From: Octopus vulgaris
Taxonomy: Eukaryota
Assembly: GCA_951406725.2 (NCBI GenBank)
Contig: OX597814.1
Coordinates: forward strand, 203,918,001 to 203,982,000
Direction of reading: 5' to 3'
DNA: 64,000 bases
Shown in pieces: positions 52,110 through 64,000 of this stretch. Every line of letters starts with the position of its first letter. Position 1 is the stretch's first letter. The translations under genes were made by a program, and so were the position numbers. Under the pieces are notes generated by a model that was not told the DNA's origin, searched no databases, and saw only the letters and a list, made by a program, of their open reading frames with translations.

Positions 52110-53902
52110 TAGAAAGAAAACTCAAGGCATTGGTTTAGTGCAAGTGAATCAAGAAAATGCCTCTATTGAATCAGTGTTTGAAGAAAAATACTTATAGGGG
52201 CTCATTATCTTTTTTAAGTCTACCTTTCCATGCTTGCATTGTTAAACAGAATTCGTTGAGGCAACTTTTCTAAGGTCAGATGCCCTCCCTGTCACCACCC
52301 CTCATCTGTTTCCAAACAAGGTAATATTTCCCCCATAGCCAGAGATGTGTTTCATGGAAGATTGAAAAATAAACAATGCCCATTTACAACCATCAACACA
52401 ACACACACACACACACACACAAACACATAATGGGCTTCTTTGAATGTTTACCTACATAATCTACTCACAAAGCTTTAGCTGGCCTGGAGCTTTTAGTAAA
52501 AGACATTTGCCTAAGGTGCTGCACAGTGGGACTGAACTAAAAAACCATATGGTTGGAAAGCAAGTTTCTTAATCAACGTAGAAGTCTATTTTTTAGTGAC
52601 TCCTCTAATTAGAATAACTGGTGTAAAGGCAATTTAATTGTTGCAGATAACTTGTAAGAAGAAGAGGCAGAAGAGTTCTAGGAAGAAGAATTGTGAAAAG
52701 CATTTAGTGATGGGTTGAAAATGAAGAAACAGTAGAAATAGCATGGATAAAATAGAAGCAGTATGGAGTTGAGAAGATCATGGCTTTGTGTTTACATGCT
52801 CAAATCTATCATTATGGCTGCCTTTACTGTTCATCTCTCAAACTCACTAAGTGTCAAAAGCCCTATATCTTCCTCCTTAACAATAAGAGGGCATATACCA
52901 GCATGTACCAAAGAAAACAAAAATCAATAATGGCAGAAAGTGGACGTCTTCCTATCTGCTACAGTTTAATATGTGCTCAATTATACTCCAATACTTGAAC
53001 GGTTCATGACTATTTAGCAATATAACTTATTAGTTTCAGCTTCTTCTAATAGAAGCTGAGAATTTCAAACTTATGAAAGTACAAATACAATTTAGAAAAA
53101 AAAAAAAAAAAACGCAAAGAATGGAGAGGAAAATAAAATCAGAAGTAATTCATTAAGATTTGAAGAAATCAATTTATAAAAATGAACTGATAATATTTAA
53201 GAAGAAAAAAGAGCATTTGAAAAATCTCTCAATCCGTACTAAATTCCAAGCTTATCTTTTACTATTAATCACAATGTTTTTTAATGAGACAGTCTAACAA
53301 ATTGTGGTTGTCTTGAAGTGTTTCCTGATAGGAATCTAGGTTAAGTTGTATTGGAGATAGCAACAATTAGTATCATTGACTATCATGTTAGGTGAACAGC
53401 TTCAGCTCAACCTTAATAATTAAGCAGTAACAGAACACACACTTCAAAACTGAATGATTTAAAGTTTGTTTTGATCTCAGATAAAAACTACAAAATAACT
53501 TCCATTAAGACTTGACAGAACTCTGTTCTTTATGAAATGTATCCAACAACCACAGCAACAGGCAGAGGTGTGATTGCATGGTTAAGTAGTTCACTTCACA
53601 GCCACACAGCACCTTGGGCAAGTGTCTTCTACTAGAGCCCCAGGCTGATTGAAACCTTTTGAATGGATTTGGAAAACAGAAACTAAAAGAAACCTGTCAT
53701 GTGTGTGTATCCTTGCCTAGACATCAAGTGACAGAACATTAGGAGAGGCAGGTGTAGACAAGTGAATTGATGTCAGTACTTGTACTTTAATTAATACCAG
53801 AAGAATAAAAACATAAATTCGGATATGCATGTAGACATTAGTAGAGTACATTCAAGCAATATTCACATATTTCTAACAGAACACATGAAATAAATTAACA
53901 GT

Positions 53903-54268
53903 AGGCACAGGTGTGACTGTGTAGTAGGGAGTTTGTTTCCCAACCATATAGTTCCAGGTTCAGTCCCACTGCATGGTACCTTGGGCAAGGGTCTGTTATA
54001 GCCCCAAGTTGACCAAAGCTGTGAGTGGATTTGATAGACAGAAACTGAAAGTGTGTGTGTGTGTGTGTATCACCACTGCTTGACAACCAATGTTGGTTTG
54101 TTTACATCCCCATAACCTAGCAATCTGGCAAAAATAAACCGACAGAATAATTACCAGACTAAAAAATAAAATAAAAACGCATTGGAGTCAATTTGCTTGA
54201 CTAAACTCTTCAAGGCAGTGCTCCAGCAAGGCCAGTCTAATGCCTGAAACAAGATAAAAAAAAAAAGA
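53903..54268 (+). mobile_element. SINE family A
   Basis: ggcacaggtgtgactgtgtag head, ggttcagtcccactgc, tail gcagtgctccagc...tgaaacaag. Confidence 0.75.
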
Positions 54269-57200
54269 TACTAGCTTTGAAAACCAAAAATGAAATAAAA
54301 GCAATAAAAATAAATGCTTCCAGTGCCCAACCAAGTAAAAGACATTGATCCATTAACCATGTTAACACCACAAATATTTATGTCTTAAATTAAGGCAAGT
54401 CTGTGATTTTCCATGCTGTGCAAAGAATTAATCTTAAGTCTTCCAGATTTTCTTATCAGTGACACTTGTAGTCTTTGAAGGAAGGATCCTGATATATAAT
54501 GATACGCTAAATTAAACTTGTATGGAAGATGAAGAAGATAGTGGCTCTCATGAAGAGGAAACTTTATTAATGATAGGATAGTGGTTGTGGTTTTGGTCTT
54601 GATGACGTGAGTGTGAAAGTGAGCATGGTCCATGCTGATTATGGTAATGATGGCTTTTGATAAGTGTAGAAGCAGCATTTTAACAAAATGATAATAGTGA
54701 TACTGTTCTGTTGATGATATTAGCATCATTATCCTTTTAACACTTTTCTTTCTTCTTCCTAACTAGAAATAAAATGTCATACTTCACCATTTGAATAAAT
54801 ATCTTATCCTAGCTAAAATAGTAGATCTAACCGGCTTGATAATGAGCTGATATGGCTGAAAAATGATATGTCATCGGAAAATTATTAAATAGATAAAGTG
54901 ACTGCTTCAGCAGAGTCTGAAGTAAGCAAGCAAGCTATTTAAAGGGCTGTATTTCCATGAAGTGCAAAAAGGAAAAGTAAACAGGTACTATTCGTTAGGA
55001 ATTATTTTGATCACCATCATTTAACATCCACTGGCATGGGTTGGACGGTTTGATCAGAGCAGGAGAGCTGCACCAGGCTCCAGTCTCATTTGGCATGGGT
55101 TCTATGGCTTGATGCCTTTCTTAATACCAACCATTTTACAGAGTGTGCTGGGGGCTTTTATGTAGAACCACATGTGTATCTTAATGTGACTCTTCATTAT
55201 ACCCTCTTCATTATATCATATAATGCTCTTCAGTATATCATATATCCTCTTCATTATATCAGGGGATAGGGAGCTGGTATATGAATTCTAGAAGAAACCA
55301 GGAAATGTTAGATGGTTACAAAGACTGATCGGTAGAAATGAAATGGAACATGATTTGAATTAGACAAGTGGAATTCTAGTTTTGAACTGATCATCCAGGA
55401 ATGAAAAGCAATCAAACTACCACAGCCATAACTCATCGTTTTCCATTCTATTTATTTGATCAGCCCCTAACAAACACAGGATTTTGGTCATTTAGCAATG
55501 GACAATGCAGAGTACTTAATATCACAATTGAACAAAAAAAAAAAAAAAAAGATGGAGTGGCAGAAATTGTTGCCTGGGATATAACTAAAAACTACAGATT
55601 GCAGCAGCTATCACACAATGTCAAGACAAGGAAACAGAAACAAGCATGTGCACACACACACACACTGAGGGCCTCTTTCAGTTTCTTTCAGCTGAATCCA
55701 CTCACAAGTCTTTGTTTGACCCAGGGTTACAGTAGAAGACTGACCTAGGGTGCCATGTAGTGAAACTGAACCCAGGACCATAAGGTTAGGAAGCAAACTT
55801 CTTAACCACACAGTCACACTTGCATCTATTTACTATTCATGAGGAACATGCAGATCTGATAGGTGGAGTAGAGGTTTACAGGTGGCAAAGATCTGGGTTG
55901 AAAAGGCAATAGAAAAATGTAGGATGATATCATCAACTTGAAAGAGACAGACAGACTCTGTGTGTGTGTGTGTGTGTGTGTGTGCACGTGCATGTGGATA
56001 GCAGTGACGGTGTGGATATAGAGAAGAAAGTGTAGAATTGTAGAAAACAGTCTGTGATGGACTGGAGTCAAAGATTTCCGATCGCACAAGTGTGATGTAA
56101 TCCAAGTGATTAAAACTCAGACAAAGCTTATAGTTAATCAGCTTTGTCACAGGAATCGGTAAATAGCACTGCTGATGTCAAAAGCAACAAGTTTCTTCTG
56201 ACTCAAAACTATTGGTTCATTAATTCTTTAGTATATTCAGCTGAGACCATGCTGGAGCACCCCTTTTGAAATATTACTGGTAATTTTTGAAGGGAGGTCT
56301 TCAATGGTAATGATTTGGCTGGTTGCAGAAAAGTGAGAGATGAATGTGGTAACAACTTTGCTGTGTGCGTGCGTGTGCGTGCGTGTGTGTGTGTGACAGA
56401 CAGTGAGAGAGATACACAAAGAGAGACAGGCAGAGAGAGAAGGTAGAGAGAGAGGGAGAGAGAGGCACAGAGAGAGATACAGGCAAAGAGAGAGGCAGAG
56501 AGAGGGGGAGAGAGAGGCACAGAGAGAGAGAGAGACACACACACACACACACACACACAGACACACATGGAGACAGAAAGAGAGAGAGACAAACACATAC
56601 ACATGGAGACAGAAAGAGAGAGAGAGAGAGAGCAGTTGCCCAGTTTAACACCTCGTCTGGCACTTGGGTATCTACTCTATTTTAAGTATCAGCGCTACTT
56701 CTCTCCAGTCTGAATATAATTTCCTCCCTCCCACTAGTCTTGGAGGCTCTGAAAAAGATCATGACCACTACACTTCCCCTTCAAGGTGGGTGGGTGGACA
56801 GACAGATGGATGGAGGAAAGGATGGATGGATAGGTATAAGCAGGCAGACAAACTTGATTTTTAATGACTATTAAATGTAGTAACTGCTTGTTTCATTTGA
56901 AGAATAAGTCAGAGGACTTGGAGGCTGGAAGAAAGAGAGGGGGGGTAGTTCCAGTCTCAATAGTTTCTGTAAATATATAACAAACGCACAAATACATTAT
57001 ATTGTTTGTAATTATCAACAAATTTATAAGTACAATGGTTATATTGAATAAATAATACAATACAGACCATGCTTATGGAAAACATTCAGAGAGTCTGAGA
57101 CAGTTACAATGACCAAACCAGAAAATAACCAGACCATGGAATATTCAAACACCAAAGCAAAATACTGAGACAATAATTTAGGGTTAGAAGGAAAACATTA

Positions 57201-59074
57201 AATATTATTTCAGCAACTGACAAATATTCCAATAACTGTAGCTATTTGTGTTAATCTCTAAATATTTGAATTCTGTTACATGAAATCTAACACTGGCCTC
57301 ACATGGCTTTGCTTTCTGAAAAGTTATAAGCTACATCACAACTACACACCCCTTCCAGGAAATTCATTGCAAACTTCCCAGGTTGCATTACCCCTAGTGT
57401 TTCCATTCATTATCCGCTCACATAATTTCTTTCTCCTCTACCATATTTTAATTAAATTGAAATAACAAACACTGCCCATAGACTATTCATTTCTTTTTTC
57501 TTTTATACATTGTTTATTCCATCTGAAATTGGGTTAACAGTTAAGATATACAATTTTTTTTTTAATATTATACCAGATGCTTAAAAAAAAGTACATCTTA
57601 CAGAAAAAAAAATTGTTTTTTCCCTATTTCCCACCCATCTCTTTTCTCTGACACACAAACAGTTACAGACAGATACACAGACACAGGCGGAACATACATG
57701 AGAGCAGCACGCTCAAGAAAACAGGACAAGTGAGGTGGCAGGGGGTGGGGATCATACAAGGAGGACACACATGGGACAAGCACACAGTGACATGCAGGGA
57801 CACACAGACAAAGACATATACACAACACAGACTTTTACTTCCTCCACTTTTTAGTATTAAGCCATTTAGACAGGTTCATTCCCCAGGCTAGCTCTACCTA
57901 CGTCCAGCTTAGCATTAAGTTCACAGAGGTTCTACACTAACCACATTCCCAGTCCTTCCTCTTCAGAATATCATCATCTCTGGAACTGCTATCCTTCTGC
58001 CTATGTTTTTGTTTTTTCTTTTCCACAACCATCAAGTTTAAGCAGAACATCAACCACATCAATCTTAATGGTCAGTTTTGCAAAGACTCCAGACACAATC
58101 ATCAAAATAAAGCTTATAAATTTAAGAAAACTTGCTACTCTATGTTGCTATTCCACATGTGAATAACTGCAGCTGGAGATTTTAGACACACACACACACA
58201 CATCCACACACACACGCATCCACACACACACACACCTGGAAACAGGGCAACAAGGTGCAGAAATTATTACTCAACAAATTCCATATGACCCATAAAAACA
58301 TGGAAAAGTGGATGTTAAATTGATTACACACACATGCGTGCGCACACAGACACATGCACGCACACACACACACACACACACTGTGGTTGGAGATTGTTAG
58401 TCAGGGAGAACCACAAAATAAAAAAATAGATGAAATAGAGGGTAAGTTTATTTAATAACTGAGCCTTACATGACTAGAACTGTTGCATCCTGGGATATTT
58501 AATCATCTCTGACAAATTACTCAGAAATACAACAGTATTAACCCTGCAAGAGTCATTGTGTACATACAGACAGACAGACAGACAAGCCTCAAGTTTCTTC
58601 AAATTCATGGAAGCATAGAAAAGTGAACATTATGATTACACACACACACACATGTGTGCAGTCATTTATAGCCACAACTTGAGTCTACTTCGCACATGAA
58701 ACCATACAGAGATGGGTAGTTATTGATTTTTTTTATTATCTTGTATTGTTTTTATACAACCAAGAAATAACAAATTTGGTCAAAAGAACAACTTAACAGT
58801 ATTTTGATGAGAATATTCTTCAGAAAGACTGTTTCATTAAAAGACATTACCAATCAATTGAAGACTCTTTTGCAATAAACGAACAATGACCAGGTTTGAT
58901 CAGATTACTTTTGATAAAAACGATTAGTTAACTCCATTTAGAGATGTTCATAAAACTGATTTTAATTAAGAAAAATAATTATTTGATCCTATAAACACTC
59001 AGAGTGAAAAAGGAGTGGAGATGTTAGAAATAGCATATGAATATTGAGGGGTGAATTGGAGAGAAAGGGAGATT

Positions 59075-59815
59075 GTGTGATGAGTGGAGGGGGGGGACAG
59101 ACAGACAGAGAGCATATGTGATGAAGAGGGAATGTGTGTGATGAAGGGAGGGGGAAGGGAGAGATAGAGAGAATGTGTGATGAAGAGTGTGTGAAGAAGG
59201 AAGAGAGAATGTATGTGAAGAAAAGAAAGAGAGAATGTGTGATAAAAGTGAATGTGTGATGAAGAGAGAGAAAAAGAGAGTGTGTGTGTGTGATGAAAAG
59301 AGAGAGAGAGAAAAAATGTGTGTATATTTGATGAAGGAATGTGTGTTGTGTGTGTAATGAGAGAGAGAAAGAGAGAGAGATAGAGAGAATGTGTGATGAA
59401 GAGTGTGTGAAGAAGGAAGAGAAAATGTATGTGAAGAGAAAGAGAGAATGTGTGATGAAGAGAGAGAAAAAGAGAGAGAGCGTGATGAAAAGAGAGAGTG
59501 TGTGATGAAGAGAGAGAGAGAATGTGTGTATATTTGATGAGAGAGAATGTGTATGTGTGTTTGTAATGAGAGAGAGAGAGAGTGTGTGTGTGTGTGTTTG
59601 TAATGAAAAGTGAAAAAGAAAAGAAAGAAAGAACATGCAAGTGATGATGTGAGAGAATATGTAAGAGATTAAGAGAGTGGGAAGCTGAGAGTTCAGAAAA
59701 AAAGATATTAAAGAGAGAGGGAGTAAGTTAAGGAGAGTGGTAAGAGAGAGGGAGAATAGATAGATAGAGAGAGAGAATGATAAAAAGGAAGTGACAAATC
59801 AACAGAGAGAGAGAG
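59075..59815. repeat. Complex minisatellite of gagaatgtgtgatgaa units with a ~216-bp higher-order duplication
   Basis: Block gagatagagagaatgtgtgatgaagagtgtgtgaagaaggaagaga recurs at 59161 and ~59377. The + strand is nearly devoid of C. Confidence 0.85.
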
Positions 59816-60847
59816 CTCATGAAAGATTGGTGTCAAAGATAACTAATCAATAGAATTCATATTCTTTTAATTCTAAAAAAAAAAGAAAACAAAACATTAT
59901 GAATCGTAAAAATACACAAAAAAAATACTGTGAGAAATGTGTTTGACAAAGAAAAAAACATGTGAGTGAATAATTTTGGTTAGAGTTTGTATAGTTTGGT
60001 GTTAGTTGTAACATCTACAAACATAAAGGTAAATCACAACTGACACTGGCTCAGAGAACATAAAAAGGAAAAGAACTGGAGACATTCGTATCAGGTAAAC
60101 TAAAATCAAAAAGAAAAATATATGAATTCTCTCCAACTTTTTCCTTTTCTTTCCATAATTTCAATCGTCTAATACTGCTTCAAATTATGGAGATATGATT
60201 ATCTCCCTTGTAATAGCTGTGACCCTAAGTGGGGCCACATCATCATCATCATCACATGTTAGAAATACAATTTTAAAACCTAACAAATGAATATTACATC
60301 ATAGACTAAGAAAAATTACTTATCCAAGAAAATAGATATTAGCACTAGATATACTGTTTACTTTGTATTATTACTGCTTAGTTTTATTCATTGAGTTTTT
60401 TGGGGTCTGTTTTGTTTTTCTTTAATGGTATTTTTAAAAGGAAAGAGAGAAGTTTTAATACAAGACAAAAACAATATCATGTTATTGAAATCTTGGAAGA
60501 TTCCATTAATTCATATTTTCTTTTCTCTTGTATCGACAAATCACAGAAACTTTCACACAGAGATATATCTGCTAATAAACATCAATGTATTTATATGCTA
60601 CTCTCCATCACCCCCATCACTAAAAATAAGTGACCTGAGAACAAAGTGATTGATTCCAAGCTCAAATATACAGTTTTAAGCAAAAGGTGAAGAATATTTA
60701 GCCCTTTTGTTACCATATTTCTTTTGAAATACTGTCTGTTTCAATTTTGAAAATAACAAAGAATTTCTTCAAATAACTGTCCAATATCAATCTGATGTTT
60801 GGAACAAATTAGCATGAAATTTCAGTGGAAAGTTTTTATTTAGATTC

Positions 60848-61295
60848 AAAGGAAGGTTAACTAGGAAGATAGTTTTTGTGTGTGGCAGATGCACAGGGGC
60901 AATAAACACTGAAGATGTACAGAAAACAGATTTTATCACATGCCAGCGGGAGAAACTAGAAGTAATTGATAGCTTCCACTACCTAGGTGACCAAGTCTCT
61001 AGTGCGGGTGGATGCTCTGAGAGTGTAGCTACTTGAATAAGAATAGCCTGGGCAAAGTTCATAAAGATCCTACCTCTGCTGGAACAAAGGGCCTCTCGCT
61101 TAGAGTGAAACACAGACTGCATGATGCCTGTGTGCAAACAGCCACGCTACACAGCAGTGAAACATGGCCCATGACTGCTGAGGACATGCATAGGCTTGAA
61201 AGAAATGAAGCTAGTATGATCCGCTAGATGTGTAACGTCAGTGTGCATAGACAACAGAGTGAAAGCAACTTGAGAGAAATGTTGGACATAATAAG
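60848..61295 (+). mobile_element. RTE LINE fragment, same family as the 14-kb copy
   Basis: Translates KGRLTRKIVFVCGRCTGAINTEDVQK...LEVIDSFHYLGDQVSSAGGCSESV..IRIAWAKF...LHSSETWPMTAEDMHRLERNEASMIR*MCNVSV. Confidence 0.8.
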
Positions 61296-61644
61296 ACCTC
61301 AGGGCCCTTCATCTTTACTCACGAACAAACCTCTTTACAAAGAGAGAAATTCCAAGGCTGCCAGGAGCAGCCATGAGAATGACTAAGTAGTAAGAGAATG
61401 ACAAAAGAACGACTGAGTAATAAGAGGGACACATGATAGGGAGTGAATAATAGAGGTCTATTACTTAACCCTATCATGTGTTCCTCTTATCCCTTATAAA
61501 GGTCATTTGTATTCAGAGATAAGCCTGTATATTATTCAAGGCAAAAAAAAAATAAAGTGATAACAAAAGACAATGTGACCCAAAAGGTAGAAGCAATAAA
61601 AAAGCCCCGGAATGTGTGGGTAAAATTCAAAGATGATAACTTAC

Positions 61645-61834
61645 CTGCCTGCCTTGCCTCTTGACATGCTTCACACATTTCATTTTTAATCTCAGGGTTT
61701 TCTTCAGCTATAGACTCTCCAACAGACACAAACTTTCCTACAGCCCGGTTCACAACTTGCCCAACTTGAACTAATACTCGCAGTGTCTTCTCTGATACTT
61801 TAGTTTTTTCTTTATGGTTTACCAGTGTTGTTAT
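61645..61834 (-). CDS. CTNNAL1: Alpha-catulin (catenin alpha-like 1), internal coding exon (probably exon 2)
   Basis: Splice sites ttatag|ATA...GCAG|gtaag; 190 nt, phase 0 to 1. Encodes ITTLVNHKEKTKVSEKTLRVLVQVGQVVNRAVGKFVSVGESIAEENPEIKNEMCEACQEARQA(G), colinear without gaps with the recalled vertebrate alpha-catulin N-terminus (ITTLINHK...VGQAVNLAVGRFVKVGEAIANEN...EAKQAG). Confidence 0.93.
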
Positions 61835-64000
61835 CTATAAAGTAAAACAAAAAAGAACATGAATTTCTCTCTTGAAACATAAGGACACAGACATGCACAC
61901 ATACATTCATGCATGCATGCATGCATGTGTGATACACATACAAGCAGTGGGTCTCAGAATACCTGAGCAGAAGTTTTTGAGTTATTTGTCCACCTGGGCT
62001 GCTAGGCTCATTGAATTAATAAGTGGATGAGTATTCCATAAATACATGAAAACTTAACATAATTCTCAGGTGGCACCAGAAGACAATGACAAGGCAGGAC
62101 CTTTGAATTACATGTGCAGTTCAGCTTATGAGCTTCTATACAGTTTCTATGCACTTGAGATGCAATGCAATGGGAACAAACTTGGAACCTCTGGGTGGAG
62201 GGGGATGGGGGCAGGCACAGGCATTGTTGAGTAGTTAAGAAATTCACTTCACAACCATATGACTTTTGGTTCAGTCCCACTGCTTGGTATCTTGACCAAG
62301 TGTTTTTGAACTTATAGCTCCTAGCCAACCAAAGCCTTATTAGTGATTTTCATAGAAAGAAACTGGAAGAAGCCTGTCATACATGTATGTGATTATATAT
62401 ATGTGTGTGAATTTTCACTTGACATTGCATGATAGATGTAAATGAGCATCATCCTCATCATCATACAAATGCTGCTGCTCATTCCCAATCTTCTATGGAA
62501 TCCTATCCAGCTATGAGATAGAAAATAATGCCTAACTAAATGTAAAATCAGTTGTCATATTTTTATAAATCCATCCAACCTTCCAAATTCTTTGAACTTA
62601 TACACCAACACCTCCTCATCTTAAGTCCATATCCTCTTGAATACTCACTTTCTTGCACCTTGAGACTATGCTCTGACCCTTCATCACCACCATCATTATC
62701 TTCTTTCCAGTTACTCCCACCCTTGAATAATGCAATAATATAAGGAAGTCAACTTTGTCTGTCCCTCTATCATACTTTAGCCTCTCAACACTTGGCACAA
62801 AGCTACAACTCCACTCAATTGAGGGGTCTTTCTTTGTCTTGCAAGATACTTGGCAACCTCACTAGTGCTAGCATCACAAGAAAAGCACCTAGTATACTCC
62901 ATAAAATGCTTGACATTAGTAAGAGCATCCAGCTGTAGAGATTATGACTAAACAGAGCTCAATACAGTTTTCTTCAACTCATTAGATCCTGTCAAACTGT
63001 TCAACCCATGCCAGCATGAAAAAACACGTTACATAATGATTTCATCTAATTAAAATCTCTCAACAACTGATTTGACAAAGAATACATTTCTTCAGCTTTT
63101 TCAACAAAATAGTTAATATATAAACATCTCCTAAAAGTCTCAAGTTGAAATAACTGTATTTTCACAGGAATTAGTATTTTTCACCTCATCTTACTAAAGT
63201 GAGAGAGAGAGAGAAGAAAGCATACAACAATATATTTTTACTTTAAAGTAATACTGAAACTGCTCACCCAATATTAAACAGCCATCTGAGTCATTCATAC
63301 ATTCAGATGACATATTTTACTGCTTCAATTCAACTTGACAATGGTCGGTCAAGCTAGTGGATTAACTAATCGAAAATTCAATATTGTATTTAATTATGTG
63401 CATACATTAATTATTTATGATTTATATTTAAGGTAGTGTATCCTCTCTCAGAGAAAGTTCAGGGAGCCGTTACTTCTGCTGCTTCAAACAGTTTCTCTCT
63501 GAGACTAAAGAGTAGATTGTGTGATACTTGTGTATGAAGTGTGATTCACTGGAGTAAGGCATTAGTGTTTCAATCTTGTTGCGTGTGTGTCTCTTCTATT
63601 AAAGCTACCCAAGACCAATAAGAACCTAACAAGAGTTTAGGTTCTTATTCAGTAAATTATTCAGAATTCAGCAAACAACTTATTTGCTGCGGCATACTGA
63701 TGTATGCCAACCAATAAATAATCACCATGTGCACATGTCTCAAAGTGTCCTTATTTCAATGAGTTGAGTGTATTGTGAACACAATTATCTGAAAGGAGAC
63801 ATTGTTCACCAAAGGCAAAATGCAACAATAATTGGTATATATTTGTATCTGAATCTGCTGGAACATGTCATCATTTTAATTCTCACTGTTCTTTGTTGAT
63901 TTAAAATATAGAAAGGTTAACACAAAAATTGGAAACCAAAATGTACACGAATGGTAATGAAAAAAAAATACAAGATAATTAGAAATGGATGGATGTTTTT

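Larger units (their letters stand above)
23488..61644 (-). other. 38,157-bp GT-AG intron of alpha-catulin
   Basis: Bounded by the gtaag donor at 61644 and the cag acceptor at 23488. The flanking exons join in frame (G|GT = Gly) and no catulin residues appear to be missing. Confidence 0.85.

Noticed and set aside
55190-55260. Four ctcttcattatatc repeats with short spacers (CRISPR-like look)
   Set aside because: Eukaryotic context, spacers tiny and similar, no cas genes. Ordinary tandem slippage.
58989-59640. 213- and 215-aa ORFs rich in S/L/H/F/T
   Set aside because: Open only because the minisatellite strand lacks stops; the same applies at 19023-19406 and 56209-56663.

Overview
AT-rich, repeat-dense animal genomic DNA. 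The SINE/RTE repertoire and abundant CA/TA/GA microsatellites suggest an octopus or other coleoid cephalopod (inference). The whole window lies inside one minus-strand gene, alpha-catulin (CTNNAL1-like). Only two coding exons are present (61834-61645 and 23487-23312). They are phase-compatible, are joined by a 38,157-bp intron, and are followed by a >23-kb intron. The introns hold a full-length decayed Chapaev3-type DNA transposon with TIRs and a TAA TSD, three mariner relics, a young 5'-truncated CR1-type LINE with an open 440-aa RT frame, several RTE LINE fragments, tRNA-derived SINEs, TTAA piggyBac-like MITEs and microsatellites. Most notable: a minimal type I hammerhead ribozyme motif in the loop of a ~315-bp foldback nested in the Chapaev element; a polypyrimidine-CAG|GTAAGT recursive-splice-like site on the transcribed strand; three isolated ~20-22-bp hairpins; a local 195-bp duplication; and multi-layer TE nesting. 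Most ORFs in the supplied track are microsatellite or repeat artefacts. Family names come from recalled motifs, not database searches, and repeat boundaries without a TSD are approximate.
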